Positions 18,277-28,116 of a stretch of DNA of 64,000 nucleotides are shown one piece after another (the first letter of the stretch is position 1; every line of letters begins with the position of its first letter). Origin of the DNA: an uncultured Candidatus Saccharibacteria bacterium. GTDB lineage: Bacteria; Patescibacteriota; Minisyncoccia; UBA6257; JAUSGH01. The position numbers were made by a program, and so were the translations under genes. The stretch spans positions 3,602-67,601 of the forward strand of contig CAYHUD010000002.1 in NCBI GenBank assembly GCA_964360025.1, given 5' to 3'. The notes beneath the pieces are model-generated. The model searched no databases and was not told the DNA's origin. It was given only the letters and a program-made list of their open reading frames with translations.

Positions 18277-19183
18277 AATCTTCCGGCGGAGGAATTTCTA
18301 AAGATAATGCTTTACCGTTAGGCGTCGTAAAAGTAAGTTTTTCGGCGTGAAGCATCTGTCGCGCGGCTAGATCTGATTTTGAGCCGTAAAGATGATCGCC
18401 TAAGATCGGGCACCCGATTGCCGAGAGATGCACGCGAATCTGGTGCGTCCGGCCGGTGAGTGGTTTTGCCTCTACTAGGGTAAATCCCTTAAAGTTTTTT
18501 AAAATCTTATAAAGAGTTTTGGCTTCGCGGCGAGATTTGATTTGCGGCTCGCTCAACCTCTTTACGGCTACCTTTTTCATCTGGCTCATCTTTGACGGTC
18601 TGATATCGTAGTTTATTTCCCCCTCATTTTTAGGCGGTACGCCACAAACGATAGCCAGATAGGTCTTTTGAATCTTTTTGGACAGAAACTGTTCCTTCAA
18701 AAAAAGAAAGGAGTTTTGATTTTTAGCCACTATGATTAATCCCGAGGTGTTTTTATCCAGGCGATGCACGATACCCGGGCGCAGCGGATTTTCGCCCACA
18801 TTCACAATTTCGGGATAACGAGCAAGGAGGGCATTGACGAGCGTCCCGGAACGCACCGAAAGCGTGGGATGTACCATGAGCCCGGCCGGTTTATTGATGA
18901 CAACCACGTCATCATCTTCGTAGACGATATCCAGAGCTATCTTAGAATCAGGGATGATACCGGTTTCTTCGGTGGGTGTCATAATTATTTCTTCTGGTAT
19001 TGAAACGCGATCGCTAGCGTTAAGTTTTTGGCTAGATTTTAAGGCGCGGGAATTATTGACCGTAACTGCGCCGTCTTTAATCGCGGTCTGTATTTTTACG
19101 CGTGAAATTCCCGGTACCTTTTCTGTCAGATATTTATCCAACCGCATTCTAGATTTTTCTATTTCTACGATAAATTCCATTTT
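18245..19183 (-). CDS. rluD: RluA-family 23S rRNA pseudouridine synthase (RluD-like) with an N-terminal S4 domain
   Basis: S4 region MRLDKYLTEKVPGISRVKIQ. Catalytic HRLDKNTSGLIIVAKN. I chose the start at MEFIVEIE; the tracked ORF extends to 19288. Confidence 0.8.
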   Translation of the reverse strand, partial: KMEFIVEIEKSRMRLDKYLTEKVPGISRVKIQTAIKDGAVTVNNSRALKSSQKLNASDRVSIPEEIIMTPTEETGIIPDSKIALDIVYEDDDVVVINKPAGLMVHPTLSVRSGTLVNALLARYPEIVNVGENPLRPGIVHRLDKNTSGLIIVAKNQNSFLFLKEQFLSKKIQKTYLAIVCGVPPKNEGEINYDIRPSKMSQMKKVAVKRLSEPQIKSRREAKTLYKILKNFKGFTLVEAKPLTGRTHQIRVHLSAIGCPILGDHLYGSKSDLAARQMLHAEKLTFTTPNGKALSLEIPPPEDFKKILETLSS

Positions 19184-19353
19184 ATTAAATTCTATATTTG
19201 ATATAATAATAGTATCCCGCTTCGAAGATTCTTTATCAAACTTTTTTATTAGGGCTGGCCGAATCTTGATCCGCCGTGGCGGAATCAATGAGGCTGCCCA
19301 CCTGGTATCTATACTAGGTTTCTACGGAGCGGGATAACAAAGCGTCTCACCTT

Positions 19354-21669
19354 TTATGGGCGGGATTTTTTGTTTTTAAAGTAATCTACGACTTTTTTCC
19401 AAATTACTTCCGTCGGTCCCTCGTGTCCGCGCACGATGATCATACCCTCTCTGTAATATTTGGAGATCAGCTCCGATGTTCCGCCGAATCTTATTTCGTG
19501 TAGAAACCTTGGCTTGGAGGCGCCGATTATGAGCATATCCACATTTTCTTTTTTTGCTTCATACATCACCGCCCGGACGGTTGAACCGGAATTATAGGTT
19601 GAAGTAACGTCAAAATCTTTTTTCTTTAACCCCAAACCCTTAATAGCCAAGGAAAAATCAGGTTTGAGGTAGCTGGGGGTGTGCTTGGCAAGGACGCTGA
19701 ATAAAAAAGTTTTTGTGGTATAGTGTTTTTTAATTGCCGCGATGACGCTTCCTATTAAATCTAAGTAGGGGCTTTTGCCGCCAAGGTCGGTCGCAAACAT
19801 CAGGGAGTTTATCGGTTTGGGATTTTTAACAACCACGATATCGCACCTTGCCTCGCGAAGCAGTCTGTCAATGACCGGCCCGAAGCGCACGCCCTTTTCA
19901 GAGGTGACCCCGCTCCAGTTCAAAATAAGCGCGTCGCATTCTTCCATTTTGATCACATCCAGAAGCACTTCCACCGTATCGCGCCCCACAAGTATCAGTC
20001 CGTGAAAATTGATGTCTTTTACTTCGGGTCCTGTTTTCCTGTTAAATCCGTCGGCTTGCATCTGTAATTCCCCGAACAGAGCCCTCTCTTTATCCAGTTC
20101 GTTATTGGAAAGGACTGATGGATCCAGAGTGAGAACCGGCGGAATCTCGTGAACCCTTACAGCCACGACTTCGCCGTCAAACTCGCTGGCTAAAGCAAAC
20201 GAAAATTCAGCCAAATTCTTTATTTCGTCGGCGTTTAGATTGGGGGAGAGTGGAAGCAGGATGCGTTTTCCGGATTTGGGGCCGATGCGCACGGATCCCT
20301 CGTAAACTATTTTATCCTCAAAACGGGCGCGGCTTTTGGGCGTCGTATATGCGAAATAATTTACAAGTCCCAGAAGTATCCAGAAGGCGGTAAGCAACCA
20401 TGCGTTAAGGTTGACGCGGAGCATGGTGATGGCGAGGACTATATAGAGCGAGGAGGCAATAAGGGGGATCGCGGGAAAAAACGGTATTTTATAAAACCAC
20501 TTAGTGTTGGGCCACTTGTAGTGGATATTGATGCCCGCGAGGTTTAGCTGGAGGAAAAGCAAAACGAAAAGCAGGGAAGCGGCGGCGGCGATATCAAAAA
20601 GCGGGAAGATAATAACCAGCGCGGCTATGAGTATTGTGGAGGCGATGACGGCGATATGCGGCGTTAAATTTTTTGTGTGAATAATGGCAAGATGCGATAA
20701 AATATTTTTATCGCGGGAAAGCGCGAAAGAAACGCGGCTGGAAGAAAATATCGTGGCGTTTAAGGCCGCTAGGTTGGCAAATAAACCGCCGATGATCATC
20801 AGAAATTGTCCCAGCGGCAGAAAATTTTGAGCTACGCTGGCTATTGCGCCCTCGCCGAGGTCGGCGACCGACAGCCAGTTAGTCGTGCCAACGAGAACTA
20901 GGGCGATGAGTATATAGATAGAGCTCACTATCGCCCAGGAGCGTATCAACCCCCGTTTTATGGTATTTTGGGGATCTTTTGTTTCTTCGGCGGCTTGCAC
21001 CTGTATTTCCGATCCTTCAAAAGCAATATAGAAAAAGCTGGCGGCGGCGACTATTCCTAGAATGCCGTTAGGAAGTACTGGGGAGAAATTAGCAATCGTT
21101 TCTGCGCCATTGACGATCATTTTGATTAGTCCGGCGATAATAAAAATACCCAGAAGACCCATTAATGCCCCCGTGATATAATTGCCGGTTTTACCGGTGA
21201 ATTTTACTCCTTTCCAGTTTTGATATCCGAAGAAAATCACCACGATAACCGCGAAAATTTTCCCCTCCACTCCCTGGGCCGACCCCAGATTGAGACCCAT
21301 AAATTTAAAAAACTCATGCGCGTAGTAGCCGAAGCTAAGCGCGTAAAGTCCGGCGGCAACGGCATGTGCGAACCAGCTCATCCATCCGGCTAAAAATCCT
21401 TGAAAATTTCCCAGACCCATCTTAACCCACAGATATCCGCCTCCGGTTTCGGGAAAAGTGGTGCCAAGAGCGATATACATCTGGAGGTTCAGAAACGCGA
21501 CCCCCGCGCCGAGGATCATTGCTAGAAATAGTCCCGGGCCTGCCATCCCCGCCGCGGGGCCAAGAAGCGTAAAAATACCGCCGCCCAAAAGCGCACCGAT
21601 GCCTAATAAAACGATAGACCCGAGACCAAGTGTTCGGGCGAGTGTTACTTCTGTTTGATTGGGATTCAT
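19354..21669 (-). CDS. APC-superfamily amino-acid permease fused to C-terminal tandem universal stress protein (USP) domains
   Basis: About 12 TM segments with an N-terminal permease signature, and a roughly 300-aa C-terminal cytoplasmic region with USP-like ATP-binding folds. Confidence 0.75.
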   Translation of the reverse strand: MNPNQTEVTLARTLGLGSIVLLGIGALLGGGIFTLLGPAAGMAGPGLFLAMILGAGVAFLNLQMYIALGTTFPETGGGYLWVKMGLGNFQGFLAGWMSWFAHAVAAGLYALSFGYYAHEFFKFMGLNLGSAQGVEGKIFAVIVVIFFGYQNWKGVKFTGKTGNYITGALMGLLGIFIIAGLIKMIVNGAETIANFSPVLPNGILGIVAAASFFYIAFEGSEIQVQAAEETKDPQNTIKRGLIRSWAIVSSIYILIALVLVGTTNWLSVADLGEGAIASVAQNFLPLGQFLMIIGGLFANLAALNATIFSSSRVSFALSRDKNILSHLAIIHTKNLTPHIAVIASTILIAALVIIFPLFDIAAAASLLFVLLFLQLNLAGINIHYKWPNTKWFYKIPFFPAIPLIASSLYIVLAITMLRVNLNAWLLTAFWILLGLVNYFAYTTPKSRARFEDKIVYEGSVRIGPKSGKRILLPLSPNLNADEIKNLAEFSFALASEFDGEVVAVRVHEIPPVLTLDPSVLSNNELDKERALFGELQMQADGFNRKTGPEVKDINFHGLILVGRDTVEVLLDVIKMEECDALILNWSGVTSEKGVRFGPVIDRLLREARCDIVVVKNPKPINSLMFATDLGGKSPYLDLIGSVIAAIKKHYTTKTFLFSVLAKHTPSYLKPDFSLAIKGLGLKKKDFDVTSTYNSGSTVRAVMYEAKKENVDMLIIGASKPRFLHEIRFGGTSELISKYYREGMIIVRGHEGPTEVIWKKVVDYFKNKKSRP

Positions 21670-21779
21670 AAATTATCTCCTTTATTTTATCACGTTTTTC
21701 TCTGAAATACATTTGACTTAAAAATCTTTTTGTAGCAATATATTTAGAGTCCTTTGATGGCCTGGTAGAGGAAGTCGGC

Positions 21780-22253
21780 ATGAAAAAGAACATGAAGGTT
21801 TGGGAGTTTGCGTTGCTATTAAACGTGTGCGCTGTAGGCGCTGTGCTATATTCCTTCTTAGGCATTTTTTTATTGCGACTAGGTTCTTCTCTGGACGTAT
21901 CGGATGGACGCTTGGCGTTAGTTTGTATTACTATTGGTTTGGTTAGTAGTGGCGCCGCGGTTGTTGCTGTGGGGTATTTTGCAAAGTATTTAGATTACAC
22001 GGCGCCGTATTGCCCGGCGGCGAGATGGATAAAGGCGCCGCTTGGAGAAGTTAAGGAACAGTCCTATGACCCCTACCGCGAGGAATATCTGAGGCGGTTG
22101 ATTAGCGAAAAAGAGCGCTTGTCTCCGGTCGCCCCGCGCCTGGCGGCTATCGAGCCGATTTTGCAAGAACTGCACGACGCCATAGAAACGCGATTGCTCG
22201 CGGGACGCGTCTGCGCTCGTGACGCCCGACGATTGAAAAAAATCAGCCAGTAA
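21780..22253 (+). CDS. Hypothetical membrane protein
   Basis: Two or three hydrophobic helices followed by a charged tail. Confidence 0.5.
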   Translation: MKKNMKVWEFALLLNVCAVGAVLYSFLGIFLLRLGSSLDVSDGRLALVCITIGLVSSGAAVVAVGYFAKYLDYTAPYCPAARWIKAPLGEVKEQSYDPYREEYLRRLISEKERLSPVAPRLAAIEPILQELHDAIETRLLAGRVCARDARRLKKISQ

Positions 22254-22338
22254 ATAGGTATTCGTCATCATCGCGCCGCCTCAAGCATGGGGCGGTTTTC
22301 TTTTCAATTAACAAAAAACCTGTTAAAATATTGAGCAC

Positions 22339-24135
22339 ATGGAAAATGTCAGAAATTTCGTAATTATTGCTCACATTGACCACGGCAAGTCCACGCTTGC
22401 TGACCGGCTTCTTGAGGTTACAGGCACGGTGCCGATGCGCTCTATGCAGCCACAGTATTTAGATCAGCTGGAGTCTGAGCGCGAGCGAGGAATCACTATT
22501 AAAATGGCGCCGGTTCGTATGTCTTATACCCTAGGCGCTATACCCTACATCCTCAACCTCATTGATACTCCGGGGCATTCCGATTTCGGTTATGAGGTAT
22601 CTCGCGCTCTTTTAGCCGTGGAGGGCGCTATTTTACTCGTAGACGCGACTCAAGGCATTCAGGCGCAGACGCTTGCTAATTTTGAACAGGCAAAAAAGTC
22701 CGGACTTAAAATAATCGGCGCTATTAATAAAGTGGATGTGGCGCAGGAAGAGTTTATCGCGCAGTCGCTTAAAGAATTGTCCGAGCTTTTAGAAATCCCG
22801 GAGACGGATATTTTAAAAGTTTCCGGTAAAACAGGGCTGGGCGTGTCCGAGCTTTTAGCGAAAGTTATCAAAGAAATCCCGCCGCCAAAGAAAATAGCGG
22901 GCAATCATTTATCGCGAGCGTTGATTTTTGACTCTATGTACGATGAACATAAAGGTATTATTGCCGCCGTGCGTGTTTTTAACGGCAATTTTAAAATGTT
23001 GGGTAAAGATGACGCGCCATATGCGCTTTTAGCAACCAGGGAAAATTTCAAACCCAAAGATCTCGGATTTTTTTCTCCCAAGCTTAAAAGCTCAGCCGGT
23101 CTTAGCGAGGGCGAGATTGGGTATATCGCGACCGGCCTCAAAGATCCCGATAAATTAAAAATCGGCGATACCATCGCCGAAAATTTCTCGGCGGAAATTT
23201 TGCCGGGATTTAAGGAACCCAAGCCTGTTGTTTTCGTTTCGTTTTATCCGGCGGAAAGCGATGATTATGAAAATTTAAAAAGCGCTTTTGGCAGGCTGCG
23301 TCTTAATGATTCAGCGATTCAAATAGAACCGGATGCGAGTGAGGTTTTGGGGCGGGGATTCAAGGGGGGGTTTTTGGGGCGCCTGCATTTTGAAATAGCA
23401 GCGGAGCGTCTTTCCAAGGAGTTCCACGTGGAAACAGTCCATAGCTTTCCCTCTGTTGCTTATCGCGTGCAGACGGGTAAAGGTTGGGAAATTGTTAAAA
23501 ATCCTAAAGACTTTCCTACGGAAAATCTTGGAGTGGAGGAGCCGATTGCTAAAGTGGAAATTTTGGCGCCCGTGGAATATCTGGGCGCGATTTTACAGCT
23601 TGCCCAAAGTTTTCGTTTCCGCGGCATTGAAACAAAAAACTTCGGCAGCCGTATTATCGTATCTTCGCGTCTGCCGCTTGCTGATTTGATCCGCGACTTG
23701 GACGATCAGCTGAAGTCGGGCACGCAGGGGTTTGCTTCACTCGGTTACGAAATTATGGGCTATGAAAGTGCCGATGTTAAAAAGGTGGAGATTATGGTCG
23801 CGGGGCATGTTATTCCGGGGTTGACGCGCATTATTCCGACTAGTGACGTGGAGCGCGAATCGCGAGTGATGGTCGCGCGGCTGAAAGATCTTTTACCCAA
23901 AGAACAATTCTCTCAAGCCATTCAGGCATTGGTGGGCGGACGCATTATCGCCCGCGAAACCATTCCCGCTATGCGCAAGCTTCTGGGAGTGTTCGGGAAA
24001 ACCGGCGGTGACCGCACCCGCAAAATGAAATTATGGAAAAAGCAGAAAAAAGGCAAAGAAAAATTAAAAGAAATGGCGGAAAAAAGTCAGATTAAAATCC
24101 CGGCGCATATTTTTAAGGATTTATTGAAGAAATAG
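22339..24135 (+). CDS. lepA: Elongation factor 4
   Basis: AHIDHGKST, DTPGH and NKVD GTPase motifs, and the LepA-specific C-terminal domain. Length 598 aa. Confidence 0.95.
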   Translation: MENVRNFVIIAHIDHGKSTLADRLLEVTGTVPMRSMQPQYLDQLESERERGITIKMAPVRMSYTLGAIPYILNLIDTPGHSDFGYEVSRALLAVEGAILLVDATQGIQAQTLANFEQAKKSGLKIIGAINKVDVAQEEFIAQSLKELSELLEIPETDILKVSGKTGLGVSELLAKVIKEIPPPKKIAGNHLSRALIFDSMYDEHKGIIAAVRVFNGNFKMLGKDDAPYALLATRENFKPKDLGFFSPKLKSSAGLSEGEIGYIATGLKDPDKLKIGDTIAENFSAEILPGFKEPKPVVFVSFYPAESDDYENLKSAFGRLRLNDSAIQIEPDASEVLGRGFKGGFLGRLHFEIAAERLSKEFHVETVHSFPSVAYRVQTGKGWEIVKNPKDFPTENLGVEEPIAKVEILAPVEYLGAILQLAQSFRFRGIETKNFGSRIIVSSRLPLADLIRDLDDQLKSGTQGFASLGYEIMGYESADVKKVEIMVAGHVIPGLTRIIPTSDVERESRVMVARLKDLLPKEQFSQAIQALVGGRIIARETIPAMRKLLGVFGKTGGDRTRKMKLWKKQKKGKEKLKEMAEKSQIKIPAHIFKDLLKK

Positions 24136-24392
24136 CTTCAAAGTTAAGCGGAAATCGTGTTAAGACGTATAAAATTCTATGTAGCAGAACAGCGAATAAG
24201 TTCATAGCGCGGCCCGAGGAGCGAGCGGGCACGGTTTCCGAGTCTTCGAGGAAGAGCGAGCGACGAAAGCCAGCGAAAATCCTCGCTGGGGATTTGAGCG
24301 GTAGCGAGAACTTTTTGCTGTCCTGCTGAGTCTTATTTTTTCGCTTAGGTTTATTTACTAGCAACTGTTTGTGGGCAGTGTATAATTGAAAT

Positions 24393-24659
24393 ATGAAGTT
24401 TTTGATTGCGCTTGGCGCCACGGCCATATTTTTTGCCACCGCTATCCAGTTATATAAATTGGAGATAAAAAAAGTTGCCCTAAACAAGGAATATCAAAAA
24501 ATTATCGCGGATAACGGCGCCCTGATCCAAGAAAACTCCGATTTGAAAAAGGAAATTGAGTATCTGGGAGACACGGAAAATTTGGCGCGAGAGGCGCGGT
24601 CGCAGTTTAATTATGCGAAACCGAACGAGAAATTAATTGTAGTTGTGCCCAAAGAATAA
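24393..24659 (+). CDS. ftsB: Septum formation initiator (FtsB/DivIC-like)
   Basis: An N-terminal TM segment followed by a coiled coil, 88 aa. A TGnTATAAT extended -10 lies upstream at about 24372-24380. Confidence 0.6.
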   Translation: MKFLIALGATAIFFATAIQLYKLEIKKVALNKEYQKIIADNGALIQENSDLKKEIEYLGDTENLAREARSQFNYAKPNEKLIVVVPKE

Positions 24660-24665
24660 ACAACC

Positions 24666-25211
24666 ATGCACAGACATCATTTTTATTTCGGACTGGTTTT
24701 CTTGGTATTTTGCGGAGTTGCGGTATTTTCCGTTACCGAGGGCGGTCTTTATCCTGTGGCGGTTGTGAATGGCGGGTTCATCATGGCGCGAGATTTTGAT
24801 AAAATGGCGCAGTCGGCGGAGTTTTTCTATTCCCGCGCGCTGGATACTTACAACAAAGGGAAGGTTGAAGGTGAACAGTCGGAAAATTTGCGCCGTGAGG
24901 TGGAGAAGGCGACGTTAGATAAGCTTATTGAAAGGAAGTTAATCGCGGTGGAATTAAAAAGCCGTTTAGCGGAGAGAGCGGAAGTATCTGTTGACAAAAA
25001 GCTGCTTACGGTGGAAAATCAGAACCTTGAAGGAGCCGCGCGTGATTTATATGGATTAAGCATCGCCGATTTCAGAGAGATGGTTTTAAGGCCGGAGGCG
25101 GAGCGGGAAGTATTAAGAGATATTTTTAGGTCCGAAAACGTCAGTTTTGAATCTTGGTTGGAGGCGGCAAAATCGGGAGCGAGTACTATCGTTCTTCTGC
25201 GTGGCATTTAA
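24666..25211 (+). CDS. Hypothetical membrane-anchored protein (SurA N-terminal domain-like)
   Basis: A signal-anchor followed by a helical domain, with no PPIase domain. Confidence 0.5.
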   Translation: MHRHHFYFGLVFLVFCGVAVFSVTEGGLYPVAVVNGGFIMARDFDKMAQSAEFFYSRALDTYNKGKVEGEQSENLRREVEKATLDKLIERKLIAVELKSRLAERAEVSVDKKLLTVENQNLEGAARDLYGLSIADFREMVLRPEAEREVLRDIFRSENVSFESWLEAAKSGASTIVLLRGI

Positions 25212-25217
25212 TAATTT

Positions 25218-25288
25218 GCGGGTATCGTATAATGGCAGTATGTAACCTTCCCAAGGTTAAGGCACGGGTTCGATTCCCGTTACCCGCT
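25218..25288 (+). tRNA. tRNA-Gly (anticodon CCC)
   Basis: Cloverleaf: acceptor GCGGGTA/TACCCGC, D-arm GTAT..ATAC, anticodon stem TAACC/GGTTA with loop TTCCCAA, T-arm GGGTTCGATTCCC, discriminator T. CCA is not encoded. Confidence 0.9.
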
Positions 25289-25309
25289 CTAAATGATAGA
25301 ATTCTTATC

Positions 25310-25738
25310 ATGGAAATAGGTTTTGTTTATGCGATAAGCGCGGCAGTTATTTGGGGAGTGCTTTACGCGATCAGCGAAAAGGTTCTTCATAGCACTACTC
25401 CGATGACAATTTTATTTATTAATTCCATCATCACCGTACTCATTATGTCGGTGCTGACGTTTTTTGGCCTCACTTCTTTTAAAGAAGTGTTTTCTTCGAG
25501 TAGGGCTAATTTATTATTAATTTTTATCGCAGCTATTCTCGTGGTTCTTGCTAATTTTTTAATCTTAGCCAGCATTAAAAGCTTAAACGCATCCATGGCA
25601 TCAATTATTGAGATATCTTACCCGATTTTTGTTGTACTGTTCAGTTATATTTTTTTTCGCGCGGTGCCGAATGTTTATTTTTTCATCGGCGCCCTTTTAA
25701 TTTTTATCGGCTCGTTTGTCATAATTAAATTTGCATAA
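25310..25738 (+). CDS. EamA-domain (DMT-superfamily) small membrane transporter
   Basis: Four or five TM helices in a single EamA-like half-repeat. The start was moved to the ATG after the tRNA; the tracked ORF 25154.. runs through tRNA-Gly. Confidence 0.7.
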   Translation: MEIGFVYAISAAVIWGVLYAISEKVLHSTTPMTILFINSIITVLIMSVLTFFGLTSFKEVFSSSRANLLLIFIAAILVVLANFLILASIKSLNASMASIIEISYPIFVVLFSYIFFRAVPNVYFFIGALLIFIGSFVIIKFA

Positions 25739-25748
25739 GATTTATAAA

Positions 25749-26441
25749 ATGGCTCACAGGGAATATCACGCGACTTTAGGTGTTTATATTAAAGACTTTA
25801 TTTACGGCGCGAATGACGGAATTATTACGACGTTTGCTATTGTGACTGGCGCTTCCGGAGCGGGATTTTCACCGCTCGTTGTTATAGTTTTAGGATTCGC
25901 CAACTTGTTTGCCGATGGATTTTCCATGGCGGCCAGCAATTATCTGGGTAGCAGCTCCGAAGCCGCTCTTTTTCGCGAAGAAGAAAAACGCGAAATCAGG
26001 GAAGTGGAAGAAAAGCCGGATGTGGAGCGGGAAGAGGTGAGGGAAATATTAACCAGGCAGGGATTTGATCCGGCAACCGCGACAAAAATGACGGAAACGA
26101 TCGCCTCCAACAAGAATTTTTGGGTTGATTTTATGATGAGGTATGAAGTAGAAATGCTTCCGGGGGAATCCAGCATCAAATCGGCCGTTATTACTTTTTG
26201 CGCCTTCGTAGTTATTGGAAGTTTGCCGCTTCTGCCCTTTATCATCCTTTCCGCGAATGGCATTACTATTTTTTACTCGGTTATTTCGACAGGCGTCGCG
26301 CTTTTTGTGACCGGAGCCTTGCGTTCTATTTTTACCAAAAAGCATTGGTTCATCTCAGGGTTGGAAATGTTTTTTATTGGGGGTGTGGCGGCGGCAGTGT
26401 CGTATTTTGTGGGTTATGGGCTTAAACTTTTGGTCGGTTAG
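25749..26441 (+). CDS. VIT1/CCC1-family (DUF125) metal transporter
   Basis: GANDGIITTFAIVTG signature, an acidic cytoplasmic loop rich in Glu, and C-terminal TM helices. Confidence 0.75.
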   Translation: MAHREYHATLGVYIKDFIYGANDGIITTFAIVTGASGAGFSPLVVIVLGFANLFADGFSMAASNYLGSSSEAALFREEEKREIREVEEKPDVEREEVREILTRQGFDPATATKMTETIASNKNFWVDFMMRYEVEMLPGESSIKSAVITFCAFVVIGSLPLLPFIILSANGITIFYSVISTGVALFVTGALRSIFTKKHWFISGLEMFFIGGVAAAVSYFVGYGLKLLVG

Positions 26442-26528
26442 AGTAGTGGATTTTACAAGGTTTTTATGATAAAATAACTTAAGGTTATGTAATAAATAAG
26501 GTAGGTTTTTGAAGATGTGGAAAAGTAT

Positions 26529-26600
26529 GCCGGAGTAGCTCAGTGGCAGAGCGGCTGTTTCGTAAACAGCAGGTCGCGAGTTCGATCCTCGCCTCCGGCT
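26529..26600 (+). tRNA. tRNA-Thr (anticodon CGU)
   Basis: Acceptor GCCGGAG/CTCCGGC, D-arm GCTC AGTGGCA GAGC, anticodon stem GCTGT/ACAGC with loop TTCGTAA, T-arm GCGAG TTCGATC CTCGC. Confidence 0.9.
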
Positions 26601-26643
26601 CAAAATTTGTTTCTCAAATTTTGCCCCGCCGAAGTTCCACTAA

Positions 26644-27408
26644 ATGTGGGACGAAGGCGCGGGCTACAATATGGAAAATCACCCCCTAAAACCCCTAACA
26701 GGGAAATACGATAAATTAAACGCCCATCTTACGGTTTATGCCGGCGTGGGCGGTGATGACGCTAAAGATTGGGCGAATATGCTTTTTAGAATGTATTCCA
26801 AGTACGCCGAACGTCGCGGCTGGCGCGCCGTTCAGACGGGGGATCGGGCTATGGAAATAAAGGGTGAGTTTGTTTATGGCACTTTACACAGGGAACAGGG
26901 CGTTCATCGTCTGGTGCGCATTTCTCCCTTTTCTTCCAAACAGATGCGCCACACCTCGTTTGCGCTTGTGGAAATAGTTCCCGATCTGCCGGAGGTGGAA
27001 CATAAAAATTTTATTATTCCTCCGGCGGACATCAAACTGGAAACGACCCGTTCCAGCGGTCCCGGCGGACAAAATGTCAACAAAAGAGAAACGGCTGTGA
27101 GAGTGGTGCATTTGCCGACGGGCATCGCAGCTGAATCGCAGGCGGAAAGAAACCAGGAGATGAACCGCGATAAAGCGATGAAAATTTTAAAAGCCAAGCT
27201 TATTAAAATCCTGGAGGAAAGGCACGAGCGCGAACTAGGCGCGCTTCGCACTCAAGTCAAGCCGGAGTGGGGGAACCAGTTGAGAAGCTACGTTCTGCAC
27301 CCCTATCATCTGGTTAAAGATCATAGAACTAAAACGGAAAGCTCCCAACCGGAAAAAGTTTTAGACGGAGATTTAGATAAATTTATTGAAGCCGAATTAG
27401 AGCTCTAA
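26644..27408 (+). CDS. prfB: Peptide chain release factor 2-like protein lacking N-terminal domain 1
   Basis: The SPF tripeptide (RISPFSS) and GGQ ([11 protein letters not shown]) are present. Only 254 aa. The gene starts directly after tRNA-Thr, and no upstream coding sequence could supply domain 1. Confidence 0.75.
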   Translation: MWDEGAGYNMENHPLKPLTGKYDKLNAHLTVYAGVGGDDAKDWANMLFRMYSKYAERRGWRAVQTGDRAMEIKGEFVYGTLHREQGVHRLVRISPFSSKQMRHTSFALVEIVPDLPEVEHKNFIIPPADIKLETTRSSGPGGQNVNKRETAVRVVHLPTGIAAESQAERNQEMNRDKAMKILKAKLIKILEERHERELGALRTQVKPEWGNQLRSYVLHPYHLVKDHRTKTESSQPEKVLDGDLDKFIEAELEL

Positions 27409-27435
27409 TCAAACTAGTATGTTAAAATAATAGGT

Positions 27436-28116
27436 ATGATTGCTTTTCAAAATGTTTCAAAAGATTATGGCGTGGACTCGGCGGCCCTGACAGACGTCAC
27501 TTTTAAGATAGACGATAACGAGTTTGTTTCTCTGGTCGGCCGTTCCGGGTCCGGCAAGTCAACCATCGTCAAGCTTTTAATTGGCGAGGAAAAGCCGACA
27601 AAAGGCAGGATTATTCTTGGCAGTAAGGAGGTTAATAAGCTGCGCATGAACGAGCTTCCTTTTTTACGGCGCCAGATCGGTACCGTTTTCCAGGATTTTA
27701 GATTATTGCCCACAAAAACCGCTTATGAAAATGTGGCTTTTGCCGCTGAAGTCGCCGGTTTAAAACAGGAAGATATTGACGATTTGACGCCTAAAGTTTT
27801 AGACATCGTGGGACTGGGGGAAAAAATCAAGCGTTTTCCCCACGAGCTTTCGGGTGGAGAGAAACAGCGTGTGGCCATCGCGCGCGCGCTTATCCATAGG
27901 CCGTCAGTTATCATCGCCGACGAGCCGACCGGCAACCTTGACCCTATTAACGAGCATGAAATCATCAACCTGCTTTTAAAGATTAACGAGCTGGGTACAG
28001 CTGTCATCCTCGCTACCCACAGCAAGGATATTATTGATAAACTGCAGAAGAGGGTTATTTCTCTTGATAACGGACGCGTTATTCGCGATGAAAAAATAGG
28101 AAAATATATTATATGA
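27436..28116 (+). CDS. ftsE: Cell-division ABC ATPase FtsE
   Basis: Walker A GRSGSGKST, the ABC signature LSGGEKQR and Walker B IIADEPTGNLD. Confidence 0.9.
   Translation: MIAFQNVSKDYGVDSAALTDVTFKIDDNEFVSLVGRSGSGKSTIVKLLIGEEKPTKGRIILGSKEVNKLRMNELPFLRRQIGTVFQDFRLLPTKTAYENVAFAAEVAGLKQEDIDDLTPKVLDIVGLGEKIKRFPHELSGGEKQRVAIARALIHRPSVIIADEPTGNLDPINEHEIINLLLKINELGTAVILATHSKDIIDKLQKRVISLDNGRVIRDEKIGKYII

Noticed and set aside
24113-24487. 124-aa minus-strand ORF across the lepA-ftsB spacer
   Set aside because: It is antisense to the ftsB start and covers a GC-rich non-coding spacer. There is no homology signal.
25154-25309. N-terminal 52 codons of the tracked ORF 25154..25738
   Set aside because: They run straight through tRNA-Gly(CCC). 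The EamA protein starts at the ATG at 25310, after the tRNA.
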